NCBI GenBank assembly: GCA_963709405.1
Contig: CAVPXM010000008.1
Coordinates: 1 to 13,112 of the forward strand
Source of the DNA: an uncultured Nitrososphaerales archaeon
Lineage (GTDB): Archaea; Thermoproteota; Nitrososphaeria; Nitrososphaerales; Nitrososphaeraceae
Direction: 5' to 3'
Length of the DNA stretch: 13,112 nt
The position numbers and the translations under genes are program-made. Below the pieces are notes generated by a model. The model was not told the origin of the DNA and did not search any database. It saw only the letters and a list, made by a program, of their open reading frames with translations. Below, in pieces: positions 1 through 8,384 of the stretch. Within the stretch, counting starts at the first letter, position 1. Each line of letters starts with the position of its first letter.

Positions 1-33
1 ACATGAAATAGTACTTAATGTTGCTTAAAGTAT

Positions 34-333
34 ATGAAAGTGAGAATCTTTTTCTGTAATGAGCCTGATCCAGAAATCATTCTAAGAACTGACAGCCTTA
101 GCAGACAGGCTTTAGATACAATTTATGATTTAGTCTGGGAATGCGAGTTTAAGAATATACTTAACGTGGGTAGAATATGGATAAAGTTTAGACAAGAAGA
201 AAGACCATTTGGAATACCATTGAGGAAAAAGAGAAGTCATCATAAAATATCAATTGGCGACGTTATTCAACTTGCCAGTAATTTTTATATGGTCGATCAG
301 GTTGGCGCCAGACAAATTAGAATCATTGATTAA
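34..333 (+). CDS. Small hypothetical protein with YodL-like C-terminal motif
   Basis: 99-aa ORF. The C-terminal HKISIGDVIQL..FYMVDQVGARQI resembles the YodL-like consensus HSLSVxDVVxL..Y(Y/x)VDxxGFxxI, matched by eye. Confidence 0.55.
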   Translation: MKVRIFFCNEPDPEIILRTDSLSRQALDTIYDLVWECEFKNILNVGRIWIKFRQEERPFGIPLRKKRSHHKISIGDVIQLASNFYMVDQVGARQIRIID

Positions 334-566
334 GATCGCCATTAAATTTATCTATTTTATTATACGATTCTAATATAGTGGACAATTATTAAGATACCAG
401 AATTAAATCATAAGAAACAAGATCCACTGTACCGAACTCAGTTAACGTAAAGATATTTTAAAGTGACGTACGAATTGGTTTTATGTAATGCAATCTCTTT
501 CTTTGTATGCATGTTTTTATCCTATTACCAAAATTAAATCAAATTATATAGAATCGTACAAATAGG

Positions 567-573
567 AAAAAAA
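567..573 (-). terminator. Putative archaeal oligo-T terminator for the ccdA-thioredoxin transcript
   Basis: T7 run on the minus strand (A7 on plus, 567-573), 7 nt after the TGA stop at 581-583. Confidence 0.4.
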
Positions 574-580
574 TGTAGTC

Positions 581-1813
581 TCATCCGAATGTAAATGTAT
601 ACAACTGAAATCCTGTTCCTTCCACATTAATAATTATAGAATGTACTCCATAGCTATCATGCAAAGCCAGATTATACAATCTCTGTCCGTCCAATATGAA
701 TTTGCCATCTTTGTTTAAATCGGTACCAATTGACTTTGCTGAGATCTTTGCATTACCATCTTCAGTAACTATTCCAGTTTGACCTTTTCCTGACGCTACT
801 ATATTGATAGCCTTTGCATAATATGTTAGTATAATGCTTCCCCTATTACCTTGAAGTTCTATATTGTCACGATTGTTCTTCCATTGACCGTCTAAATATA
901 CAATATTAGGCTGTAAGTTGGTATTTGAAGGTATAGTGTATGTTACAATTTGTTCTGGCTCAAAGTTTTGAGGGTTTCCTAGAGGAGATCTTGCATAATT
1001 ATATCCTAGATATATTTCAGGGGTAGTTTGCTTTGATAAATCTATGTATTGAAGACTCTTTGAATCGATTGTGGGGGCTGTTTTTGTGCTAAAGCTTATT
1101 TGTTTGAAACCATCAAGGGCTGCTCTTTCTGCGAGCAGAGATTGAATTGTCTTCTCCGTCTCAGCATAACCTCCTTCACCTATGTGATCTTCTCTTATGT
1201 ATCCCTGTGCATCTATGAGGTAATGTCTTGGCCAATATTGGTTTCCATACGCATTCCACGTGCCAAGACTGTTATCTAACACAACAGGATACGTGATTCC
1301 AAACTTTTGAACTGCCGTTTTTACGTTGTCATAAATCTTTTCAAATTCAAACTCTGGTGAATGTACTCCAATTACTACAAATCCTTGGTCAGCATATTTT
1401 GCGTACCAGTCATTTAGATAAGGCACCGTTCTAATACAATTGATACAACTATATGTCCAAAAATCTACTAATACTACTTTGCCCTTATAATCTGCAAGAT
1501 GTATTGGTTGATTGTTGTTAGGAGTGTTGATATAACCAGCGATCTGAGCCAGATCGGGCGCTTTTTGAAACTGCGATTTATCAATATTCGTAAATTTACT
1601 TTTATCAAGAGTTATTGTTATCGTGTTTCCGCTCTTTGAGGTTGCTGCAGAAATGGTTTTCTCTATTTTTTGCTGCTGCATTAAAGATGAGGATTTGTTA
1701 AATGATGGATTGTTAAAATAGATAGCAAAACCCACGATTAAGGTCACAACAGCAACGGCCATTATCGCCGCACTAATGTTATCCTTATTTTTGAAAAAAG
1801 TCTGTTTTGTCAT
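581..1813 (-). CDS. Membrane-anchored redoxin/thioredoxin-like protein, homologous to the C-terminal half of DipZ (TlpA-like domain plus C-terminal beta domain)
   Basis: N-terminal TM helix (AAIMAVAVVTLIVGFAIYF). GKVVLVDFWTYSCINC (CxxC), GVHSPEFEFEK, YGNQYWPRHYLID, GEGGY, TPEIYLG and terminal FTFG are typical of the DipZ family. Lies directly downstream of ccdA. Confidence 0.9.
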   Translation of the reverse strand: MTKQTFFKNKDNISAAIMAVAVVTLIVGFAIYFNNPSFNKSSSLMQQQKIEKTISAATSKSGNTITITLDKSKFTNIDKSQFQKAPDLAQIAGYINTPNNNQPIHLADYKGKVVLVDFWTYSCINCIRTVPYLNDWYAKYADQGFVVIGVHSPEFEFEKIYDNVKTAVQKFGITYPVVLDNSLGTWNAYGNQYWPRHYLIDAQGYIREDHIGEGGYAETEKTIQSLLAERAALDGFKQISFSTKTAPTIDSKSLQYIDLSKQTTPEIYLGYNYARSPLGNPQNFEPEQIVTYTIPSNTNLQPNIVYLDGQWKNNRDNIELQGNRGSIILTYYAKAINIVASGKGQTGIVTEDGNAKISAKSIGTDLNKDGKFILDGQRLYNLALHDSYGVHSIIINVEGTGFQLYTFTFG

Positions 1814-1891
1814 ATTATTCTGAACTTCTCTCCAAATACACGTGCTGTAACCTATCTTTGATTGTGATCGATTGTATCCTCATCATCATAG

Positions 1892-2755
1892 TCATCCCTC
1901 TAATTTAATTAACTGATCTGCAAGTGGTATATTGGATAGCAATGTCAATTGATTTGTAAATAGCAGGATGCCGACTATTATCAATATACTGCCCATAACT
2001 AAATTAAAGTATTTCAAATGTTTTACCATTTTTCTGATTATTCCTGTAGCTTGAGAGAAAAACGCTCCAGTAATTAAAAATGGTATTCCTAAACCCATAG
2101 AATATGCTAATAATGAATTATATGCCGCTCCTGGTTGTGTGGCAGCTAATGCAAAGGTACTCCCTAATATAGGACCTACACATGGAGTCCATCCTGCTGC
2201 AAATGCAGCTCCAAATACGAATGACGTGATATAGCTTGTCTTAAATCTAGGTAATTTGGTCATCTTCTTTTCAAAGTTTAGGTTTCTTAGTTTTGTTGAA
2301 AGTATTAGATATGCTCCAAATCCTACAATTACGACTCCTCCAATGAATGTTAATGAGTGCTGAAAACCATTGGCCCCAACAGTTGATACAAGTACACTAT
2401 TTAGAATTACCCCTAGTACTGCAAATATCAAAGAAAAACCAAGGACGAAATAAACCGTATTAAGAAATATGTTAAGTCTGGTTCGTCTTCCAAGTGTTAG
2501 CGATGGTGATTTTACTGCACTACTCTTGGTAGTTGTTGCCGTAATTCTTGCGGTCCCTTCAATTCTATTTTCGTCAATATTTGCAATAGTAGGAGTAAGG
2601 TTATCGTTACCATTCGTTTCTAATCCTTTCACTTCATTAGCGGCTGAACCTGAGAGGTACGATATAAATCCAGGTAATATAGGAAGTATGCATGGAGAGA
2701 GAAATGATGCTAAACCAGCAGCTGCGGATACGATTATGTTTGCTTCATTTATCAT
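1892..2755 (-). CDS. ccdA: Cytochrome c biogenesis / DsbD-family transmembrane electron transporter CcdA
   Basis: Two conserved Pro-Cys motifs (AGLASFLSPCILP and FAAGWTPCVGPILG), YSMGLGIPF, about 6 TM segments, plus a long S/T/N-rich loop insertion after TM1. Confidence 0.92.
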   Translation of the reverse strand: MINEANIIVSAAAGLASFLSPCILPILPGFISYLSGSAANEVKGLETNGNDNLTPTIANIDENRIEGTARITATTTKSSAVKSPSLTLGRRTRLNIFLNTVYFVLGFSLIFAVLGVILNSVLVSTVGANGFQHSLTFIGGVVIVGFGAYLILSTKLRNLNFEKKMTKLPRFKTSYITSFVFGAAFAAGWTPCVGPILGSTFALAATQPGAAYNSLLAYSMGLGIPFLITGAFFSQATGIIRKMVKHLKYFNLVMGSILIIVGILLFTNQLTLLSNIPLADQLIKLEG

Positions 2756-3098
2756 TTCTACTTATTAATCAACTCCTGATATGATGATCTTAAACATAAA
2801 GAAACAACAACTGGCCTGATATCCATTGAAGTAAAATTAACTTTATTAATATTAATACTTATTTCCAATTTTGTTCCAAATCCCTTCCGGATGGTGATAG
2901 ATCAAATTGCACAACATCCTATCAAAATTATAAAAATGATCTAGATGTTAGATAATATATCAATGACACAATAAGTGAATGAGAACAAAGTAAAATACGG
3001 AGAAGATAATGAAAGTCCGGATCAGTTATTAAAACTCAATCTTGATAAGTATTACAGGAGAATTTCTTGATGCGACATAGAAAATATTTCATTTCCAT

Positions 3099-3185
3099 TT
3101 ACTTTTCTGCTTTTAATAATGAATAGGTCAAGGCAGTTGAAGATACAACAATAAACGAGATGAATATGACAAGAACTGAATCCAA
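3099..3185 (-). CDS. kdpF: KdpF-like single-TM small subunit of the Kdp K+-ATPase (28 aa, MDSVLVIFISFIVVSSTALTYSLLKAEK)
   Basis: Not in the ORF track; read manually. TTG start at 3185, 8 nt after a strong SD (GGAGGTGA) overlapping the kdpC stop. One hydrophobic helix ending in YSLLKAEK, similar to the KdpF tail Y(A/S)LxxxE(K/R/A)F. KdpF-like length. Confidence 0.7.
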   Translation of the reverse strand: MDSVLVIFISFIVVSSTALTYSLLKAEK

Positions 3186-3193
3186 TAATCAGA

Positions 3194-3201
3194 TCACCTC
3201 C
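3194..3201 (-). promoter_or_regulatory. Shine-Dalgarno site GGAGGTGA for the kdpF-like ORF (overlaps kdpC stop)
   Basis: Plus strand tcacctcc at 3194-3201; 8-nt spacer to the TTG at 3185. Confidence 0.7.
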
Positions 3202-3748
3202 GTTGCAACTTACTTAAGAATTCTTGGTAATGCTCAGGGTACTGTTTCATCAATTCAAGATTCACTTCCAACACATTGACATATTGTGGAGCAAAGAACA
3301 AACCATTGGTTATTTTATTTCTTTCTATATTAAGTTGAATCAATGTTTCTAGAACGTTTTGCGATATTCCAGTTGCTTTACTTACATTAGAAACTTGTGC
3401 AAAAGCGTTTTCAGGAGTAATATCCGGATCTACTGTTGACGCTGAATCTGCCGAAGGTCGTGAATGAAAGAATTTTGCAGATTTAAATTCTTGAGCAATC
3501 AGTTTTGATCCTACAATTTTCCCATCTAGGGTAAGAAGGCTGCCAGTAGATTGGTATGGCAATGTATATTCTCCTATCAACACTAAGACAATGGGATATG
3601 CTATACCAGTTATTAAGATCATTAATAGTACAACTCTTAGCGACGGCCGTATATTTTGAGCAAATAATTCTTTTAGTGAAGATCCAGTCGCAATTTGAGT
3701 TAGTAGGTGCTTAATCATACCACCATCATCTTTAGTACTTTTTGTCAT
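3194..3748 (-). CDS. kdpC: K+-transporting ATPase subunit C (compact form)
   Basis: N-terminal TM with ITGIAYP, PYQSTGSL, GSKLIAQEF, FHSRPSA, DPDITPENAFAQV, YVNVLEVNLEL; follows kdpB. Confidence 0.93.
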   Translation of the reverse strand: MTKSTKDDGGMIKHLLTQIATGSSLKELFAQNIRPSLRVVLLMILITGIAYPIVLVLIGEYTLPYQSTGSLLTLDGKIVGSKLIAQEFKSAKFFHSRPSADSASTVDPDITPENAFAQVSNVSKATGISQNVLETLIQLNIERNKITNGLFFAPQYVNVLEVNLELMKQYPEHYQEFLSKLQRR

Positions 3749-3757
3749 ATCGCTCGC

Positions 3758-3764
3758 TCACCTC
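3758..3764 (-). promoter_or_regulatory. Shine-Dalgarno site GAGGTGA for kdpC
   Basis: Plus strand tcacctc at 3758-3764, 9 nt before the kdpC ATG at 3748. Confidence 0.7.
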
Positions 3765-6148
3765 ATCTCATAAACGTAGATAGAATCATATCAATTGCCT
3801 TTATGCCCACAAATGGTAAAGCAGCTCCACCTAAACCATAAATTAACATATTTCTAATAAATGTCTTTTGTGGCGGTTCAGCTTTGAACTTGACTCCTCG
3901 TAATGATAATGGGATAAGAGCTGGTATGATTATTGCATTAAATATCAGAGTTGAAAGTATTGCTGTTTCAGGACTGTGAAGATGCATTATATTTAGGATT
4001 TGCAATTTGGGATTATTGCTCGCTGCAAACATAGCTGGAAGAATTGCAAAGTATTTGGCGGCATCATTAGCAATGCTAAATGTGGTAATGGCACCACGTG
4101 TCATAAGCAGCTGTTTACCTAGTTTTACGACTTTCATTATATTGGAAGGGTCAGAGTCCAAGTCAACCATATTTGGCAGCTTCTTTAGCTGCTTGCGGTT
4201 CCACTATTCATTGCTAGTCCTACATCAGCTTTGGCAAGTGCCGGAGCATCATTCGTTCCATCCCCTACCATTCCAATAACATGTCCTTTCAATTGCTCTT
4301 GTTCAACTCTGATTAGTTTGTCTGTTGGTTTTGCTTCTGCTATTACTTCATCAACATCGGCTTCTTTGGCAATAACTTGAGCTGTCAATTGATTATCTCC
4401 TGTAATCATTACCGTGGTTATGCCAGTAGCTACGAACTTCATTTAGCTTTTCTCGTATATTCTCTTTTAAATTATCTTTAAGAACTACAAGACCAATTAC
4501 TTCATTATTTATAGACACAGCTAATGGTGTTGCACCATTCTTGGATACTTCTTGTGCTTTCCATTTTATTTCCGCCTGATTTACATTCGGTCCTGCTAAA
4601 TCAATTATCATATCTATCGCACCTTTAAGAATCTTTACTTCGCTTTTTGTTTCTTCTAATTTTAGAAGCAGATCATGGACTCTACTTTTACTAGCACGAT
4701 CGACATCTCTTTCAATTTCTTCTATCGTTGGATTAACTGCTGCCTGTTCCGGCCTCGTCAGTGCTGCTAACAGCCTTACTACTACTACCACCTATAAAAC
4801 CTCTTGCTAATGATCTGAATTCTTCTTCTTGTTCCTTATTTAGTATTGCTTCTTTACTTGCAATAAATTCAATACCACTACATCTAGTTTCAGCTGTAAA
4901 TTCGATAGATCTAGCTGGTATTACTTTCTCCAAAAGTGGTGGAACAAATTTCTTCTCTTCTGCAAGATCGACTATTGACTTACCTTCATGTGTAGTATCA
5001 TGAATAGATGCTGCAAAAGCTGCTTGTCCTACATCTTTTTCAGTGTATTCACTCATAGGTATGAATTCTACAGCACTTCTACTACCTTCTGTAATTGTTC
5101 CAGTTTTATCTAATATCAAAACATCACAATCTCCAGCAGCTTCGATTCCTTTGCCAGATTTTGCTACAATGCTGTCCCTTCCTAATCTCGTTATGCCAGC
5201 AACACCTATTGCTGGGAGTAAAGCTCCGATTGTTGTTGGCATCAGTGCGACCAATAGAGCTACCTGTGTAGCAATATCAGCCTTAAGTCCAAGAAAATCT
5301 GTAAAGAATAAAAGTGTTCCAATTACCATTATGAAAATTAAAGATAATCCTGCAAGTAACATTGATAAAGCAATTTCATTTTTGGTCTTTGGTCTTGTTG
5401 AACTCTGTATCAGACTAATCATCTCATCTAGAAAGCTTCTACCAGCCTCAGAGGTAATTTCTACCACTAACTTGTCACTTGCTACTCTGGTCCCACCTAT
5501 TACATGATCACCTTCTTCTTTGAACACAGGATTTGATTCTCCTGTCATCATTGATTCGTCCACGAATGCTTTGCCATCATTTACAAGACCATCTCTCGGT
5601 ATTATTTCACCAACATATACCATTACTTCGTCTCCTGGTTTAAGGCTAGTCGATGTTACCGTGACCTCTTTCTCATTATGTACCATCTTGTGTGCTGATA
5701 CTTCTTTTTCTAAACTACGAAGCGAGTCCACTCTTGCCCTAGCTTGGGCTTCAGATAATGATTCTGAAAATGTAGCAAACCATACAGTCAAAATCAGTAT
5801 TATAGCCGTTTGAAAATACAGAGCATTACTTTGATTTACAAATTCTATTGATATATTAGCAGGAAGTAATGCTATGGCAAGGACTACGATAAATCCCACT
5901 TCTACTGTGAACATGACTGGATTATTTTTTGCTAAATAACGTGGATCAAGTTTAGTTATAGAATCTATAATTACTCTTTTATTTATCCAACCTAATGCAC
6001 TCTTGATTTTATGACCAGCATGACTATTCCCATTACCATTATTGTTACTGATAGTACGATTGTTATTGTCATTACCCAAAATAGCACTATCTTTATTTTT
6101 TTCGTTAGCTTGGTTCATTCTCATTTTAATATTTTCAAATATCTTCAT
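3763..6148 (-). CDS. kdpB: K+-transporting P-type ATPase subunit B, split into four ORFs by four +1 indels (probably sequence errors; pseudogene not excluded)
   Basis: Fragments 4733-6157, 4393-4791, 4185-4442 and 3763-4170 carry, in order, [47 protein letters not shown] and [13 protein letters not shown]. Removing single bases near 4735, 4431, 4193 and 4172 gives one ~793-aa frame. Start placed at ATG 6148 because of SD spacing; the track uses 6157. Confidence 0.93.
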
Positions 6149-6158
6149 TACTATCATA

Positions 6159-6164
6159 TCACCT
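6159..6164 (-). promoter_or_regulatory. Shine-Dalgarno site AGGTGA for kdpB
   Basis: Plus strand tcacct at 6159-6164, immediately after the kdpA stop and 10 nt before ATG 6148. Confidence 0.6.
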
Positions 6165-6165
6165 A

Positions 6166-7806
6166 CTAAAGTGAAAATGGTCCTATCACTATAAATGGGA
6201 AGAAAGTAAGCGCTGTAAGAAGAAAAGTTACTACTACCAGTACTGTGATGAATACCGGGCCTTGTGTTTTTATTGGTTCAACGACTTCTCTCCTATCTTT
6301 TTCTGTGAATGAACCTGCGATTGCTAGCATTAGTCCCATTGGAAGAAATCTACCAATAAAAATTACTATTGCAGTTGATATATTCCAAAATGGGGTATTT
6401 GCTGAAGTACCAAAATAATCAGAACCATTGTTAGCTGCGGCTGATGCATATTCGTACAATGTCTGAGTAAATCCCATAGGTGTTATATGATGTCCTGTTC
6501 CACCTGTTCCTCCCATAATAGCCTGAGTACTTCCAGTTGCAAATGCAATTACTGCTGGAATTAATATTATTGCAGGGTGACTCAAAAATACGAATACTAC
6601 TAATTTTACATCTCTTGGACTAATCTTCATACTTAAAAATTCTGGTGTTTTGCCCACCATCAGACCAACTACAAAAAGTGTTAAAATAACATACATAATC
6701 ATGTATGTTATTCCTACTCCAACTGCACCTGGAATTGATTGAACAAACATGGCAAGAAGGAAAGATATTATTGCATTTGGTGACATCCCCAAAAGTGAAG
6801 AATTCACCGCTCCTGTATTTGTGGAAATAGAGGCTGTATTAAATAGTGTGGTCCCAAAATTTCCAAATCTAGTTTCTAATAATGATGGTCCGCTTATTGC
6901 TGAGAAGGCTATTATAAGCAGGGCGCCAAATGAAATAAGTATAGCGATCAAAATTGATATGCCTCTCCATTTACCTATGAGTTTAGCATACGCAATTGGA
7001 AACGACAATGGAATTACAAGCATCAAAAATATTTCATACATATTTGAAAGGCCTGTAGGATTTTCAAATGGATGAGCAGAATTCGCGCCATAAAATCCTC
7101 CACCATTGCTGCCAAGTTGCTTTATAGCTAGCATAGAGGCTACGGGGCCAACTCTGATATCCTGCTTGTTTCCTTCCAAAGTATTTGCAGTTACTGTAGT
7201 ATTAAGAGTTTGTGGGAGTCCAGTTACCATAAGCACTACAGATGAAATCACTGCTACAGGAAGTAATAGTGTTACTATTACTCTTATAAAATCTACATAG
7301 AAATTTCCTAGACCAAAATTCTTTCTAATAAATGATCGGATTAAAGCAAAAGCAGCTACAATTCCAGAGGCAGGAGCAACAAACTGGGTAAATGTAAGGG
7401 CAATCATTTGTGATAAATTGGAAAGTTGTTGATCTCCTGCATAATGCTGCAGGTTAGTATCTGTTACAAATGAAATTGCCGTATTAAAAGCCAAATCTAA
7501 TGATAGTCCCTTGAAGTTTTGGTGCGACGGTAAATAATTCTGTAGTGTTAGAACTAAAATAATGAAAACCGCAACTATCATGTTTGTTAGAAACAGAGCA
7601 AAAAAGTACTGCTTCCAGGTCATCTGCTTGGATGCATCAATTCCAATTACTTTATAGAACCCACTCTCCACCTTGGCAAGTGTCTTTTCTAACGGTCTCA
7701 TTTCGAAGGAAATCATTCTGGCAATATAGAGCCCAAAAGGAATTGCCATACCTAATGTTCCTACCAATACAACAGCTAACTCTATTATTGTGTCCACATA
7801 GGTCAC
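6166..7806 (-). CDS. kdpA: K+-transporting ATPase subunit A (K+-binding SKT-family subunit)
   Basis: 546 aa with MTWKQY, AFNTAISFVTDTNLQHY, GNFYVD, GPVAS..AIKQLGSNGGGFYGANSAHPFENP, ETRFG, GAVNS, GLMVGKTPE, LYEYASAAANNGS, GRF and ALTFFP. GTG start. Confidence 0.96.
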   Translation of the reverse strand: MTYVDTIIELAVVLVGTLGMAIPFGLYIARMISFEMRPLEKTLAKVESGFYKVIGIDASKQMTWKQYFFALFLTNMIVAVFIILVLTLQNYLPSHQNFKGLSLDLAFNTAISFVTDTNLQHYAGDQQLSNLSQMIALTFTQFVAPASGIVAAFALIRSFIRKNFGLGNFYVDFIRVIVTLLLPVAVISSVVLMVTGLPQTLNTTVTANTLEGNKQDIRVGPVASMLAIKQLGSNGGGFYGANSAHPFENPTGLSNMYEIFLMLVIPLSFPIAYAKLIGKWRGISILIAILISFGALLIIAFSAISGPSLLETRFGNFGTTLFNTASISTNTGAVNSSLLGMSPNAIISFLLAMFVQSIPGAVGVGITYMIMYVILTLFVVGLMVGKTPEFLSMKISPRDVKLVVFVFLSHPAIILIPAVIAFATGSTQAIMGGTGGTGHHITPMGFTQTLYEYASAAANNGSDYFGTSANTPFWNISTAIVIFIGRFLPMGLMLAIAGSFTEKDRREVVEPIKTQGPVFITVLVVVTFLLTALTFFPFIVIGPFSL

Positions 7807-8384
7807 TCACTATTCGATTTGATTATCTTAGCACGACATCATTATCCGCAAATAAAAATCTTATGGTTAGCTTCATTTATTTTATCGAATGAATCTAATA
7901 AAATAATTTTAAACATTTCCATATAGACTAGAAAATCCATATTATAAAAAATATAATATTAAAAATTATCTCAATATCTATTATATTAAATATCTAATTT
8001 ATTTTAAATTAATAGCAAACTTGTAAAATATATGCTTCATGATTGAAAATGAATCTGGATTGGCATTACTGTTTTCAAATAGATCGATTATTATTGCTAC
8101 ATTAGCACCTTACCCGTCATGAGATCGATATTAAAGATTTAAATACTAATTTAGGAATTTTCCGGGGTAAGTATTATTTAGCCATGGTAGCCTGCCTACA
8201 ACATCGTACTCCAATTCTTTATAATTATACGAGTAATGTGAATTATTCAGATTTTTCACATTTTCCTGCAATTTACTTAAAGACCTTCATTTCGCCTTGT
8301 TATGCTATACAATACTTCGTTACTACGGTAAAATATAAATAGTCGTCTATTGTAGACGCTTAACAAATTGAGTGACCTATGTGG
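7794..8384. repeat. Perfect 16-bp inverted repeat (TGAGTGACCTATGTGG) at 7794-7809 (minus) and 8369-8384 (plus), each copy containing a GTG start codon
   Basis: ccacataggtcactca at 7794-7809 is the reverse complement of tgagtgacctatgtgg at 8369-8384. A further imperfect match (24/30 nt) lies between 7719-7748 and 8433-8462. Confidence 0.9.
8326..8341 (+). promoter_or_regulatory. Putative archaeal BRE/TATA promoter for the plus-strand cluster
   Basis: A purine-rich stretch followed by TATAAATA (8334-8341), about 30 nt before GTG 8372, consistent with a near-leaderless transcript. The AT-rich background lowers specificity. Confidence 0.45.

Noticed and set aside
1880-1894. Selenocysteine or readthrough fusion of ccdA to the thioredoxin via in-frame TGA codons
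   Set aside because: Four TGAs would have to be read through. They arise from an ATG/GAT trinucleotide run, and no SECIS-like evidence was seen.
4636-4865. Intein or intron as the explanation for the KdpB insertion and breaks
   Set aside because: No C/S...HN-C/S/T intein termini or evident bulge-helix-bulge structure. Single-base indels explain the breaks.
7823-7876. 17-aa ORF upstream of kdpA (MKLTIRFLFADNDVVLR) as kdpF or leader peptide
   Set aside because: Too short and polar for a TM helix, lacks the KdpF tail and has no SD. The ORF after kdpC fits KdpF far better.
2469-7892. Plus-strand ORFs 2469-2768, 4007-4279, 4761-5003, 5043-5507, 5520-5813, 6749-7075, 7106-7300 and 7584-7892
   Set aside because: Antisense shadows of ccdA, kdpB and kdpA with no recognisable motifs.
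7939-7996. AT-only palindrome ATATTATA-N5-TATAATAT and AATATCTA direct repeats (also TATTAATATTAATA at 2844-2857)
   Set aside because: Expected by chance in extremely AT-rich intergenic DNA.
8184-8342. 52-aa plus-strand ORF in the divergent intergenic region (also a 27-aa ORF at 8039-8122)
   Set aside because: No motif or well-spaced SD; the longer ORF overlaps the putative TATA box.
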